A stretch of 64,000 nt of DNA from an uncultured Actinomycetes bacterium (GCA_963725775.1 CAVRZT010000001.1:1036209-1100208), one strand, 5' to 3'; positions 33,905-43,925 are shown, numbered from the stretch's first letter. The notes: generated by a model from the letters alone, not told the origin. A program made the numbers and translations.

Positions 33905-34462
33905 TCAGGGCGATGGCCAGGCGCTGATCGCGAGCGCGTTGGCGACCATCGAGAGCATGGTGTACTGCCCGGCGACGAAGGGGATCTCCACCAGCTGGCC
34001 CGGCGTGTAGTGACGAGCGAGCACGGCCCACGTGGCGTCGCGGATCGAGCAGTTCGTCGCGAGCTCGTCGGTGGCGCGTAGCAGCGCCGCTTCGTGCTCG
34101 GCCCATTCGGGTGCGTCCGCCCCGTCGTCGAGGTCGAGGCGCGCGAGCTCGACGTCGGTGATGCCGACATTGCGTGCGAACTCCGAGTGCTCGACCCGTT
34201 CGAATTCGGAATGGCAGTGGTGAATGGCGCGCAATGCGACCAGTTCGTGGTCACGTATGGGAAGCGGGCCTTCGAGCGCGATCGCCGACGCCCAGCCGAG
34301 GAAGGGCCCGAACAACGCCGGCGCATGGGCAAGGACGGCGACGGTGGGGATCGGTCCGCGCGGTGGCCGATCCACGAGCTCGAGCAGGCTCGCGGTGTCG
34401 GGATCCACGTCCTCCCTGGCCGGGATGGCGACGCGGTACTCAGGCGTAGTGCCATTCGTCAT
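33905..34462 (-). CDS. AhpD/CMD-family protein
   Basis: VLAHAPALF, RDHELVALR...SEFERVEH, LLRATDEL, GQYTMLSM. Confidence 0.8.
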   Translation of the reverse strand: MTNGTTPEYRVAIPAREDVDPDTASLLELVDRPPRGPIPTVAVLAHAPALFGPFLGWASAIALEGPLPIRDHELVALRAIHHCHSEFERVEHSEFARNVGITDVELARLDLDDGADAPEWAEHEAALLRATDELATNCSIRDATWAVLARHYTPGQLVEIPFVAGQYTMLSMVANALAISAWPSP

Positions 34463-35035
34463 GCTCGTGACCGTATCTCGAGGTACCGGCGCATGCTGTC
34501 GCCGAATGATCACGCGCGTTGAGCAGCACCGCTGCAGCACTGCTTCGCCGGACCGGGCAAGTTGCGTTCCGCGTGGTGCAGCTCTGCAACTCGGATGCGT
34601 GGGAGCACTGTGACGAGAGAACGTTGGATTCGGAGGGATGGCGGTTTGGCATCGCCGGACGTACCACGAGTGGCCGGGAGCGAACCTCCCTGACCGTCTG
34701 TCGCACTGCAATCGGCAGTACGGCCAAGGCGAGAAGGTCGCGATCGAGAGAAGCGCCATCGCTGTCGTACGCCTATCGATTCGACCCTCCGCTCGCTACG
34801 CATCACAAGGTGTACTCGGAGGCGAGCACCTTCACGAACGACCAAGGCCAGGCGTGCCCGATGGTCCTGTGGGTGCGAGACGGACCGGACTACGTCGAGG
34901 TACGGCCGCGAAGGTGGTCCGTAGCCGCCAAGCGGACACGTGTAACAGATTGACGCCTTCGACCGCTCCACACTGGCCCAGGGGGCCAACCACTTCGGAC
35001 GCACCCGAGCGGGCGGGCGCAGTCGGCCGACTACT

Positions 35036-35170
35036 TCACGAAGCGGGAACGTGATACTTCTCGTAGATCTCGTGCGCCTCCTCTTCGGTGACGGCGTTCG
35101 CGAAGCCGTACCGGAACTCGTCGAAAGTGAGCGACACGGCTCGGTTGCGGTTCGCGGGGTTGAACAGGAC
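35036..35170 (-). pseudogene. Fragment of a non-heme chloroperoxidase-like alpha/beta hydrolase
   Basis: VLFNPANRNRAVSLTFDEFRYGFANAVTEEEAHEIYEKYHVP with no N-terminal part. Confidence 0.55.
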
Positions 35171-35731
35171 TCGTCGCTCGTATCGAGCGTGCGCTGCAAG
35201 GACCACGCCAGCGCCAGCCAGCCGAAGCACGCCACACGGAGACGCAGATCCGTGCAGTCGTAGAACTTGAGCGTCCATGCGCCCCACATCGACTGGGTCC
35301 CGAACCAAGGCTTGTCGCCGAACAACACGTCGGCGACTCGTCCACCTTCCGGATGGAACACGGTTCCCGTGCGGATGTGGGCGACTTCACGGGCCGACCC
35401 GGTCAGGCGTACTGAACCAGTCCACGAGAGCGGAGCTGTCGCCTTGACCGGCTTGCGATTGCCCCGCCAGTTGATGCGGTTCGCCGGTACGAGCGACCCA
35501 ACTTCGTGACCATCGGCGTCCTCGATCACCCAGACGCGATAACCGTCGTCCCCTCGGCGCTGCCGATTGAGGGTGGCGATCGGCCCGCCGTTCGGCACGT
35601 ACAGCAGGCCTCGTTCCGCGTACCCCAACACGTGCCCGGTCGGGGACAGCAGAGTCGCGCCCGCGCCACGCGCCCGCGGGAACGCGGATCATCTTCTGGC
35701 GCAACAGCGCCGGCAACTCAGCTTCGTCCAC
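35170..35731 (-). CDS. Hypothetical protein (beta-rich, possibly scramblase/LURP-like; disrupted)
   Basis: Protein-like composition in the 34510..35631 frame (VWVIEDADGHEVGSL...LRVACFGWLAL); start lies in another frame. Confidence 0.4.
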
Positions 35732-35863
35732 CGTGCGGCGCTCCCATCCCCGAGGAACGACGTGCCCATCTCTCGAGCCGGGTCTTCACGGCGTCGCCAT
35801 CATTGCCGATGATTCGCGATGCGCCCGAACGACGCGCCGAGGCGCCCCATCGCCGGATGGTGG

Positions 35864-36184
35864 TCAGCAACCGAGGGCGTAGCCGACGGCCGAGCACACT
35901 CCGCTCATCGTTTCGTCATCCACGGCGCCGACCAGGGCGGCAAGCGACGACCGAGCAACTGTGTGAAGGCCGTCGCAGTTGATCACCGAAGGCCGGTCGA
36001 GCCCGGCGGTGTCGTGATCGAAGGCGACCTCGGCTGAGATGCCGCGAATCGATGAGGTGATCTCGGCGACGGTGACCAGGTCGCGAACGTCGATCACCTC
36101 TGGTCGGGTGAGGATCAGTACCGGGCGTCGCTTGTGGCCGACCTGCGCGAGCCAGATCTCGCCGCGTGTCAATCCTCGCTCCAA
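35864..36184 (-). CDS. mazF: PemK/MazF toxin
   Basis: RGEIWLA...KRRPVLILTR, VAEITSSIRG, SVINCDGLHTV. Confidence 0.88.
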   Translation of the reverse strand: MERGLTRGEIWLAQVGHKRRPVLILTRPEVIDVRDLVTVAEITSSIRGISAEVAFDHDTAGLDRPSVINCDGLHTVARSSLAALVGAVDDETMSGVCSAVGYALGC

Positions 36185-36379
36185 GCCTCGGCTTCATCCC
36201 AGAATGGATCGGGTCGTTCCGGGTGTCGCTCGTAGGCGGCGCGATCTCGCGCGAGCCAGCGCCGCACGAACTGCAGCTGCCACTCCGTCGCGAGCGGCGG
36301 CGGAGACGTTGATGCCGAGCCGCCGGGCGCGTTCCGCGAGGGCGTCGTCGAGCGTGAAGGTCGTTCGAGTCGAGGCCAC
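36169..36379 (-). CDS. RHH antitoxin (CcdA/MazE-like; one frameshift)
   Basis: RTTFTLDDALAERARRLGINVSAAAR + DRAAYERHPERPDPFWDEAEAW; sits upstream of and overlaps mazF. Confidence 0.78.
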
Positions 36380-36484
36380 ATGGACATGCTAGCAGAAGAC
36401 GGTAGCGTCCTGAGCTAGCGAGCATGGCGAGTCTCGAGCGTGTTGAGCCTGCCTCCGTCCGATCCGCCGGGTTGCATCGCGCCT

Positions 36485-37993
36485 TCACGTGTCAGAAAGG
36501 TCGGCGAGCCAGTCTTCCTTGAGCGTGCGACGCAGCGCCTTGCCCGACGGGAGGCGGGGGATCTCGTCGACCATGACGACGTGACGGATCCGCTTGTACC
36601 CCGCGAGCTGCTCGGCGACCGCGGCTTGGAGCTCTTCGGCCGTGACGACCGCGTCGGGTACGACGACGACCGCGGCGACCACCGCTTCTCCGAGCTCGGC
36701 GTCGTCGACCCCGAAGACCGCGCAGTCGCGCACGCGTGGGTCGGCGTGTAGGACGGCCTCGATCTCCGCAGGCGCGACCTGGAAGCCGCGCACCTTGATC
36801 ATCTCCTTGAGCCGGTCGGTGATGTGCAGCCAGCCCTCCGGCTCCATCCAGCCGATGTCGCCGGTGCGGTACCAGCCGTCGTGGAACGCCGCCGCGGTCT
36901 CGGCATCGGGGAGGTAGCCGGCCATGGCCGACGCGCTCCACACCTCGATCTCTCCGGTCGCGCCGGCGTCGAGCACGGCGCCGGTCTCGGGGTCGGCGAT
37001 GCGGATGCGCACGCCGGGCGCGGGCAGCCCGGCGCTGTCGAGGCGCCACCGGTCGGGGCTGTCCTGCACGGGGTTGGCCGCGATGACCGGGACCTCACTC
37101 GTGCCGTACGCGGGCAGCCACCGCACTCCGGTACGGCGGGTGACGGTGCGCGCCACCTCTTCGGCCACGGGCGTCGCCCCCCACATGATGTAGCGCAGCG
37201 AGCTCAGGTCGAAGTCTTCGAGCCGCGGGTGATTGGCCATGCCCAGCGCGATCGGCGCCACCGCCATCTCGAGCGTCATGCGTTCCTGCTCGATGGCGCG
37301 CAGCGACGCGTCGAGGTCGAAGCGCGGGTGGAGACGGATCCGCGCACCCGCGGCCACCGCGGTCACGATGTTGAGCAACCCGAGGATGTGCACCGGCGGG
37401 GTGGCGACCTGAAAGCGGTCGCGGTCGGTGAGCCCGAGCGACGCGATCCAGTGTTCCACCGCGTGTCCCATCGTGCGGTGCGTGTGGCGCACCGCCTTGG
37501 GGAAGCCGGTCGTGCCCGAGCTGAACACGAGCACCGCGTCCGCGTCGGGATCGTCGATGATGTGCGCGGGATCGAGCGTGGCCGTCGGCCGCGCCTCGTC
37601 GAACTCCAGCACCGGCGCCGACGGGAGCGCATCGGTCAACGCGCGGCACCCGGCGGCGTCGCCCATCGCGGCCTGTGGCGCCACGATCCCGCAGGCGTGC
37701 TCCACCTCGGCGGCCTTCCACGCCGGGCTGAACATCACGATCGACGCGCCCAGCTGCAGCACGCCGTACGCGGCGAACACGAACTCGGGCCGGTTGTTCG
37801 ACATCAACGCGACGCGCGTACCTCGCGTGACGCCGGCGGCCGCCAACGACGCGCTCCACTCGTCGGCGTGGGTCTGCACGTTGTCGAACGTGTACTCGCG
37901 GTCCTCGAAGTCGAGCGCCACGCGTTCGTGATCGCTCGCCACCCGGTTCCGCAACACCTCGGGCAGCGTGCGCCCCTCCCGCTGGCCGCTCAC
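36485..37993 (-). CDS. AMP-binding acyl-CoA synthetase
   Basis: FSSGTTGFPK, YGTSE, YRTGD, GFQVAPAEIE, PRLPSGK. Confidence 0.92.
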   Translation of the reverse strand: MSGQREGRTLPEVLRNRVASDHERVALDFEDREYTFDNVQTHADEWSASLAAAGVTRGTRVALMSNNRPEFVFAAYGVLQLGASIVMFSPAWKAAEVEHACGIVAPQAAMGDAAGCRALTDALPSAPVLEFDEARPTATLDPAHIIDDPDADAVLVFSSGTTGFPKAVRHTHRTMGHAVEHWIASLGLTDRDRFQVATPPVHILGLLNIVTAVAAGARIRLHPRFDLDASLRAIEQERMTLEMAVAPIALGMANHPRLEDFDLSSLRYIMWGATPVAEEVARTVTRRTGVRWLPAYGTSEVPVIAANPVQDSPDRWRLDSAGLPAPGVRIRIADPETGAVLDAGATGEIEVWSASAMAGYLPDAETAAAFHDGWYRTGDIGWMEPEGWLHITDRLKEMIKVRGFQVAPAEIEAVLHADPRVRDCAVFGVDDAELGEAVVAAVVVVPDAVVTAEELQAAVAEQLAGYKRIRHVVMVDEIPRLPSGKALRRTLKEDWLADLSDT

Positions 37994-37995
37994 CG

Positions 37996-38952
37996 CTACA
38001 GGTCGAGCAGGCGGGGGAGTTGTCGGGTCACCAGGAGCGTCGATCCGATCTCCCGCGGGAGCCGGCTCGACGATCCGAGGAGGCCGTCGAGCACCAACGC
38101 GCGCTTGGTGTAGTGGTGCAGGGCGTGCTCCGCGGTGAACCCGATGCCGGCCAGCACCTGCTGGCAGTGCCGGGCTGCGACCGTGGTACTCCGACCGGCG
38201 AGCGACTTGGCGAGCATCGCGGTGAGTGGATCCGGCGCGTCCCACGCCGACACGACCGCGGCGTCGGCGGCTTCGAGCGCGACGTAGGTCTCGGCCAGCC
38301 GGTGGCGGACGGCCTGGAACTGGGCGATCGGTCGCCCGAACTGCACCCGCTCCAGCGCGTGCTCGCGTGCCAGGCGCAGCATCACGCGACCGGCGGCGAG
38401 GAGCTCCGTGGCGAGTGCCCGGCGACCGGCGATGAGCGCGTCGTCCCAGGCGGCGGGTTCGAGGGTCTCAATGGTGGCCGGCTGCGCGGCCTCGGCGCGG
38501 AGGCGCGACATGCCGAGCTCCGGGGCGATGCCGTCGACGGCCGTGCGCTCGACGGCGTCGGTGGGCAGCATCGCGACGACGATGCGGTCGCCGTCGCGGG
38601 CTGGTACCGCGACGGTGCCGCGGCGGGTGACGCGCGCGAGCGCGAGGCCGTCGATCTGCACGAGGCCGTCGCGCACGGTGCCCGGAGGTTCCCAGCGGCC
38701 GAACGCCGGGAGCGCGACCGCGCCGCCCGGCGCACCGTCGACACCGAGCCCATCGAGCATCACGTCGTCGAGCGCCGACGCAACCGCGTTGAGGTCGCCG
38801 AGCGCGCCGAACACCACCGACACCGCGTCACGCGGTTCGTAGGCGAGGACGTCGGACCAGCCGATCGCCTCGAGCGCGTCGTCGGCGTCGGCCGCCGAGG
38901 CCAGCGCGTGCCGCACGCTCTTGTCGAGCAGCTCGAGCTCGTCTCCTTCCAT
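37996..38952 (-). CDS. Acyl-CoA dehydrogenase, degenerate beta-type subunit
   Basis: RVQFGRPIAQFQAVRHRLA, QQVLAGIGFTAEH. Confidence 0.88.
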   Translation of the reverse strand: MEGDELELLDKSVRHALASAADADDALEAIGWSDVLAYEPRDAVSVVFGALGDLNAVASALDDVMLDGLGVDGAPGGAVALPAFGRWEPPGTVRDGLVQIDGLALARVTRRGTVAVPARDGDRIVVAMLPTDAVERTAVDGIAPELGMSRLRAEAAQPATIETLEPAAWDDALIAGRRALATELLAAGRVMLRLAREHALERVQFGRPIAQFQAVRHRLAETYVALEAADAAVVSAWDAPDPLTAMLAKSLAGRSTTVAARHCQQVLAGIGFTAEHALHHYTKRALVLDGLLGSSSRLPREIGSTLLVTRQLPRLLDL

Positions 38953-38956
38953 CGAT

Positions 38957-40087
38957 CTACGCCTCCGCTCCGAGGTCGAGGAGTCGTCGGGCCACGATGT
39001 TGCGCTGGATCTCGGCCGAACCGCCGTAGATGGTCGCCGCGCGCGAGTACAGGAACTCGGAGCGCCAGTGTGCACCGTCGGGGCTGTCGTCGAGCTCCAC
39101 GACGCCGGGCATGAGCTCGCGCACCGCGTCGAACACCTGCTGCTCGGCGGTGGCGACCAGGATCTTGTCGACCGACGTCTCCGGCCCGATGGTGCCCTGC
39201 TCGGCGAGTCGGTACTGCGTGAGCCGCGACCGTGCGCGCATCGCGTACAGCTGTTGGAAGGCCTCGCCGAGCACCGTCGCGCTGTGGACGTCGTCGGGCG
39301 CGCGTTCCACGAGCTGTTGCATGCGGCGGGCGAGGAAGGCGGTGCGGTGCCAGAACGACGTCGATCGCTCGAACGGGAGGATGTTCATCGCCACGGCCCA
39401 CCCGCCGTTCACCGCGCCGAGGATCCGGTCGGCGGGCACGACCACATCGTCGAAGAACACCTCGGCGAACTCGGGGGCGCCGTTCAGCAGCTCGAACGGC
39501 CGCACGGTGATCCCCGGGGTGTCGATGTCGACGAAGAAGGCGGTGATGCCACGGTGCGCGGATCCCGGCGGACCGGTGCGGGTGAGGAGCACACACGCCG
39601 ACGCGTGTTGCGCCAGGCTGGTCCACAGCTTCTGCCCGTTGACCACCCAGTGATCGTCGACCGGGGTCGCCCGGCACGACAACGAGGAGAGGTCGCTCCC
39701 GGTGCCGGGCTCGGAGAAGCCCTGGCACCACATGGTGTCGCCGCGCAGGAGCTTGGGGATCTCCTCGCGAGCGAGCTCAGGGGGCGCGAACTCGGCGAGC
39801 GTCGGGGCCAGGACCTCGGTCATCGAGTAGAAGCCCGCCTCCACGAGGCCCCGGGCGGTGACCTCCTCGCCGAGCACGGCCCGCAGGATCGACGGGCCGC
39901 CCAGCCCACCCACCGACTCGGGCCAGCCGTACCGTATCCACCCCGCCTCGTACAGGGCGCGCTTCACCCGTGAGAGTTGCGCCATCTGTTCGTCGAGCGT
40001 TCCCTCGCCGACGTAGGACGGGACGAGATCGGCGAGGTGCTCGTCGAGCCACTCGACCAGCCCGGTGCGGAACTCCGCGGTCTCCAC
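38957..40087 (-). CDS. Acyl-CoA dehydrogenase alpha subunit
   Basis: [36 protein letters not shown]. Confidence 0.92.
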   Translation of the reverse strand: METAEFRTGLVEWLDEHLADLVPSYVGEGTLDEQMAQLSRVKRALYEAGWIRYGWPESVGGLGGPSILRAVLGEEVTARGLVEAGFYSMTEVLAPTLAEFAPPELAREEIPKLLRGDTMWCQGFSEPGTGSDLSSLSCRATPVDDHWVVNGQKLWTSLAQHASACVLLTRTGPPGSAHRGITAFFVDIDTPGITVRPFELLNGAPEFAEVFFDDVVVPADRILGAVNGGWAVAMNILPFERSTSFWHRTAFLARRMQQLVERAPDDVHSATVLGEAFQQLYAMRARSRLTQYRLAEQGTIGPETSVDKILVATAEQQVFDAVRELMPGVVELDDSPDGAHWRSEFLYSRAATIYGGSAEIQRNIVARRLLDLGAEA

Positions 40088-40154
40088 GTGGTGCGTGCCC
40101 CCCGGGCCGTGCGGACGGTGGAGACCGAGAATACCAACCCGATGTCGGGCGTGA

Positions 40155-41468
40155 TCAGCTCAGATCCAGCTCGAGATCGACCAGGTTCTTCTTGTTGCAG
40201 TCGAAGGTTCCGGCCTTCTTGGGGTAGGTGCGCACGAACTTGCCGTCCTTGATCTGTGTCATCACGATGCACCCTGGCGCCCCGCGGTTGCCGTAGTCGA
40301 CGGGACCGGTGATCCCTTCGGCGTCGAACGCGTTCTCCTGCTTCAGCGCGTCGAACAGCGACTGGCGGCTGAGGGTTCCGCCGTTGGCGACGGCCTTCGA
40401 CGCCGCGTCCTGGAAGAGCAGCGCCCCGAGCCACGACGACACCGCGTTGAAGTCGACCTTGTCGATGCCGCCGACCGCGGCGACCAGCTTCTTCAGCGTC
40501 GGGTTCTGCTTGTACTCCGAGTAGAAGGGGAGCATCGTGAGCACGATCTGCGTGCCGTCGACGTCGGCGCCACCCTGCTCGATGACCAGGTTGTTGTAAC
40601 AGGCCTGGTTGCAGGCCCAGACCTTGACCGAGGTGACCCCCTGGAGCGTGGCCTCCTTGCGCAGGTCGGCCATCTTGTTCCCACCGTTGTACGCGAAGTT
40701 CGAGTTGTTCTGCTTGATGGCCTGTACGATCGGAGTCATCGCGCTCTGCGGGTCGCGGGAGAAGATGTCGTAGAAACCCTGCCCGTCCTTCTTGATCCCG
40801 AGGTCGACACCCGCCTGAGCGGTCGGCGTGACCGCGTTCTTCGTCGCCTTCAGGTCGGCCGGGATCGTCCAGATGCCGTGGAGGTTCTTGTTCTTCTTCA
40901 GGTAGTAGAGGTAGTCGCCCTGTAGCGTCGTGTAGGTCTGCGGGTGGTCGTTCTTGGTCTCGCAGTACGAGCCCCGGCCGTTGAGGACGTAGGTGACCGG
41001 CGAGCAGGCCTGCGCATTGTCGAGCGCGTTCCCCGGCATGTCGGGGATGCCGATCGCCTCCCCCGCGGAGTTCTTGCACGCGACCATGTCATCGACGTTG
41101 CTGAGGAACAGCGCCTCGCCACCGACCATGGCGAAGTCGTCGGCGCACGCCTTGATGATTGCGTTGCGGGTCTCGTTCGGGTTCAACTTCGAGTCGATGA
41201 AGTCGATCACGACCTTGCGCCCCGCGATGCCGCCCTCCTGGTTGACCACCTTGGCCCACGCCTTCATGGCGTCGACCGAGGCCTGGAACAGGCCGGGCTG
41301 GATGGGCGTGTCGACGTCGGCGATGACGGCGACGCGGATCTCGGTACCGGTGATCCCGACGTCGTCGGCCTTCGGCTTGGCGCTCTGCGCACCGGCGGCC
41401 GCGAAGGTGGAGCCGACCAGACCGACGACGATGGCGACGGTGATCAGCAGTACTCGTGAGAATCGCAA
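40155..41468 (-). CDS. ABC-type substrate-binding protein (LivK/PBP1-like)
   Basis: TTG start after GGGGGA, signal peptide ending AGA, DVGITGTEIRVAV, NQEGGIAGRKV. Confidence 0.88.
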   Translation of the reverse strand: MRFSRVLLITVAIVVGLVGSTFAAAGAQSAKPKADDVGITGTEIRVAVIADVDTPIQPGLFQASVDAMKAWAKVVNQEGGIAGRKVVIDFIDSKLNPNETRNAIIKACADDFAMVGGEALFLSNVDDMVACKNSAGEAIGIPDMPGNALDNAQACSPVTYVLNGRGSYCETKNDHPQTYTTLQGDYLYYLKKNKNLHGIWTIPADLKATKNAVTPTAQAGVDLGIKKDGQGFYDIFSRDPQSAMTPIVQAIKQNNSNFAYNGGNKMADLRKEATLQGVTSVKVWACNQACYNNLVIEQGGADVDGTQIVLTMLPFYSEYKQNPTLKKLVAAVGGIDKVDFNAVSSWLGALLFQDAASKAVANGGTLSRQSLFDALKQENAFDAEGITGPVDYGNRGAPGCIVMTQIKDGKFVRTYPKKAGTFDCNKKNLVDLELDLS

Positions 41469-41507
41469 CGGTCCCCCCACGATGCCCGGGCCGGGAGGCC
41501 TCTGGGC

Positions 41508-41526
41508 ATCTCGATACAATATTTTC
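41508..41526 (-). promoter_or_regulatory. Conserved motif upstream of binding-protein gene
   Basis: GAAAATATTGTATCGAGAT matches 14617..14635 at 17/19. Confidence 0.6.
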
Positions 41527-41552
41527 GCTGCGGGATCATACCGAAGCGGAGC

Positions 41553-41576
41553 CTCTTGTACCAGTCGGTACAAGAG
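41553..41576. promoter_or_regulatory. Perfect inverted repeat, TetR-type operator
   Basis: CTCTTGTACC-AGTC-GGTACAAGAG in a divergent intergenic region. Confidence 0.75.
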
Positions 41577-41603
41577 AAATCACGTCCGTGGTCGAGGGGG
41601 CGC

Positions 41604-43124
41604 ATGAGCGACGAGATCCGCGCCGCCGCCGAGCGGGCCCGCCAGGGCAACCTCGAGAAGGAGGGGGCCAAGCTCGAGCGGCAGGGGAAGCTCTTCGTCC
41701 GCGACCGCCTCGCGCTGCTCCTCGACGAGGGATCCTTCGTCGAGAACGCGCTCCTGGCGAACGCGCTGGCCGGCGATCTCCCCGCCGACGGCGTGGTCAC
41801 CGGCGTCGGCACCATCGACGGCCGGCCGGTGTGCGTGATGGCCAACGACTCGACGGTGAAGGCGGGCTCGTGGGGTGCGCGCACGGTCGAGAAGATCGTG
41901 CGGCTCACCGAGTACGCGCTCGAGCACGAGATCCCGGTGTTCTGGTTGGTCGACTCCGCCGGGGCGCGGCTGACTGATCAGGTCGAGCTGTTCCCGGGCC
42001 GGCGCGGGGCCGGGCGCATCTTCTACAACCAGAACCGGCTCTCCGGTCGGGTGCCCCAGATCTGCTGCCTGTTCGGCCCTTCGGCGGCCGGGGGCGCGTA
42101 CATCCCTGCGTTCTGCGACGTCGTGTTCATGGTGGAGGGGAACGCGTCGATGTACCTGGGCTCGCCGCGGATGGTCGAGATGGTCGTGGGGGAGCGCACC
42201 ACGCTCGAGGAGATGGGTGGCGCGCGGATGCACGCGACCGTCTCCGGGAGCGGTGACAACCTCGCCGTCGACGACGCCGACGCCATCGCGCAGGCGCGCG
42301 CGTACTTCGCGTACATGCCGCAGAGCTGGCGAACGCCTCTGCCGAGCTACGCGGCGGAGGCCTCAGCGCGCGCGCTGACCACCGACGTCGTCCCCGCCGA
42401 CGAGAGCGTCGCGTTCGACATGCACGAGCTGATCGACGGGGTCATCGACGCCGACAGCTTCTTCGAGGTGAAGCCGCTCTTCGCGCCGGAGCTGATCGTG
42501 GGCTTCGCGCTGCTCGACGGGCGACCCGTCGGTGTTGTCGCCAGCAACTCGGTGCACAAGGGCGGCGCGCTCTTCGTCGACTCGTCCGACAAGGCGGCCC
42601 GGTTCATCTGGTGCTGCGACGCCTACGGGATCCCGCTGGTGTTCCTGGCCGACGTTCCGGGGTTCATGGTGGGCACCGAGGTCGAACGCCAGGGGATCAT
42701 CCGCCACGGCGCCAAGATGATCACCGCGGTGTCGGAGGCGACGGTCCCCAAGGTCTCGGTGATCGTCCGCAAGGCGTATGGGGCCGGGCTCTACGCGTTC
42801 GCGGGGCCGGCGTTCGGGCCCGACGCGTGTGTGGCGCTCCCAACCGCGCGCATCGCGGTCATGGGCCCCGAAGCGGCGATCAACGCGGTGTACGCCAACA
42901 AGATCGCGGCCATCGACGATCCCGAGGAGCGCGAGCAGTTCGTCGACGAACGGCGCGCCGAGTTCGCCGCCGACGTCGACCTGCTGCGCCTCGCGTCGGA
43001 GCTCGTGATCGACGGGATCGTCGAACCCGAAGACCTCCGCGCCGACCTGATCGCCCGGCTCGCGCTCGCGGGCGGCAAGGACCGCACGTTCAGCGACCGC
43101 CTCCACGGCGTGCCGCCGGTCTGA
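41604..43124 (+). CDS. Acyl-CoA carboxylase carboxyltransferase (beta) subunit
   Basis: DSAGARL, GPSAAGGAY, DVPGFMVG, RKAYGAG, AVMGPEAA. Confidence 0.93.
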   Translation: MSDEIRAAAERARQGNLEKEGAKLERQGKLFVRDRLALLLDEGSFVENALLANALAGDLPADGVVTGVGTIDGRPVCVMANDSTVKAGSWGARTVEKIVRLTEYALEHEIPVFWLVDSAGARLTDQVELFPGRRGAGRIFYNQNRLSGRVPQICCLFGPSAAGGAYIPAFCDVVFMVEGNASMYLGSPRMVEMVVGERTTLEEMGGARMHATVSGSGDNLAVDDADAIAQARAYFAYMPQSWRTPLPSYAAEASARALTTDVVPADESVAFDMHELIDGVIDADSFFEVKPLFAPELIVGFALLDGRPVGVVASNSVHKGGALFVDSSDKAARFIWCCDAYGIPLVFLADVPGFMVGTEVERQGIIRHGAKMITAVSEATVPKVSVIVRKAYGAGLYAFAGPAFGPDACVALPTARIAVMGPEAAINAVYANKIAAIDDPEEREQFVDERRAEFAADVDLLRLASELVIDGIVEPEDLRADLIARLALAGGKDRTFSDRLHGVPPV

Positions 43125-43151
43125 GCCTGCGATCTCCGAACGGTAGGTGCG

Positions 43152-43925
43152 TCAGGACTTCGGGCGCGTGAGCCGGGCCAGGTTGGCCTGGAACTCGGGC
43201 GTGTCGAACGACTGCCACTCGGCGTCCATGGCGTCGTCGATGAGCGTCGCCACCGCGTTCCGCAGCCCGGCGTTGAGGAGGCGCTTCGTCTCGCGCACCG
43301 ACTGCGGCGGGAGCGCGGCGAGCTTGTGCGCCAGCTCGACCGCTTCGGTGAGCGGGTCGGCCGAGACGCGCGTGGCGAGGCCCGCTTCCACTGCCTTCGC
43401 CGCGCTGATGCGCGTGCCGAGGAACAGGTGCTCCTTGGCCTTGAGCAGCCCGGTGAGGTACGGCCACGAGATCGCGCCGCCGTCGGCGGCCACGAGGCCG
43501 AGCACCGCGTGGGGGTCGGAGAGGTAGGCGTCCTCGGCGATGAGGACGAGATCGCAGAGCGACGCCAAGCTGCAGCCGAGACCGACCGCGGGCCCGTTGA
43601 CCGCACCGACGATCGGGATCTCCATCGCCAGCATCGACTTGACCAGGGTCTTGCCCTCGTCGATGGTCACCGTCCGAATCTCGGTGTCGTCGGCCATGGC
43701 CTGGAGCAACCCGAAGTCGCCGCCCGCGCTGAAGGCCTTGCCTGCACCGGTGAGCACCACCGCCCGGGCGTCGGCGTCGGCAGCAAGCTCGCTCCACACC
43801 TCCGTGATCGCGCGGTGCAGTTCGGCGTCGGCGGCGTTCAGGGTGTCGGGTCGGTTCAGCGTGACGATGCGGACGGGACCGTCGACCGCCACCAGGACGG
43901 CATCGGAGCTGCTGGGCTGTGCCAT
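43152..43925 (-). CDS. Enoyl-CoA hydratase/isomerase
   Basis: TLNRPDTLNA, FSAGGD, AVNGPAVGLG, DPH..LGLVAADGG. Confidence 0.9.
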   Translation of the reverse strand: MAQPSSSDAVLVAVDGPVRIVTLNRPDTLNAADAELHRAITEVWSELAADADARAVVLTGAGKAFSAGGDFGLLQAMADDTEIRTVTIDEGKTLVKSMLAMEIPIVGAVNGPAVGLGCSLASLCDLVLIAEDAYLSDPHAVLGLVAADGGAISWPYLTGLLKAKEHLFLGTRISAAKAVEAGLATRVSADPLTEAVELAHKLAALPPQSVRETKRLLNAGLRNAVATLIDDAMDAEWQSFDTPEFQANLARLTRPKS

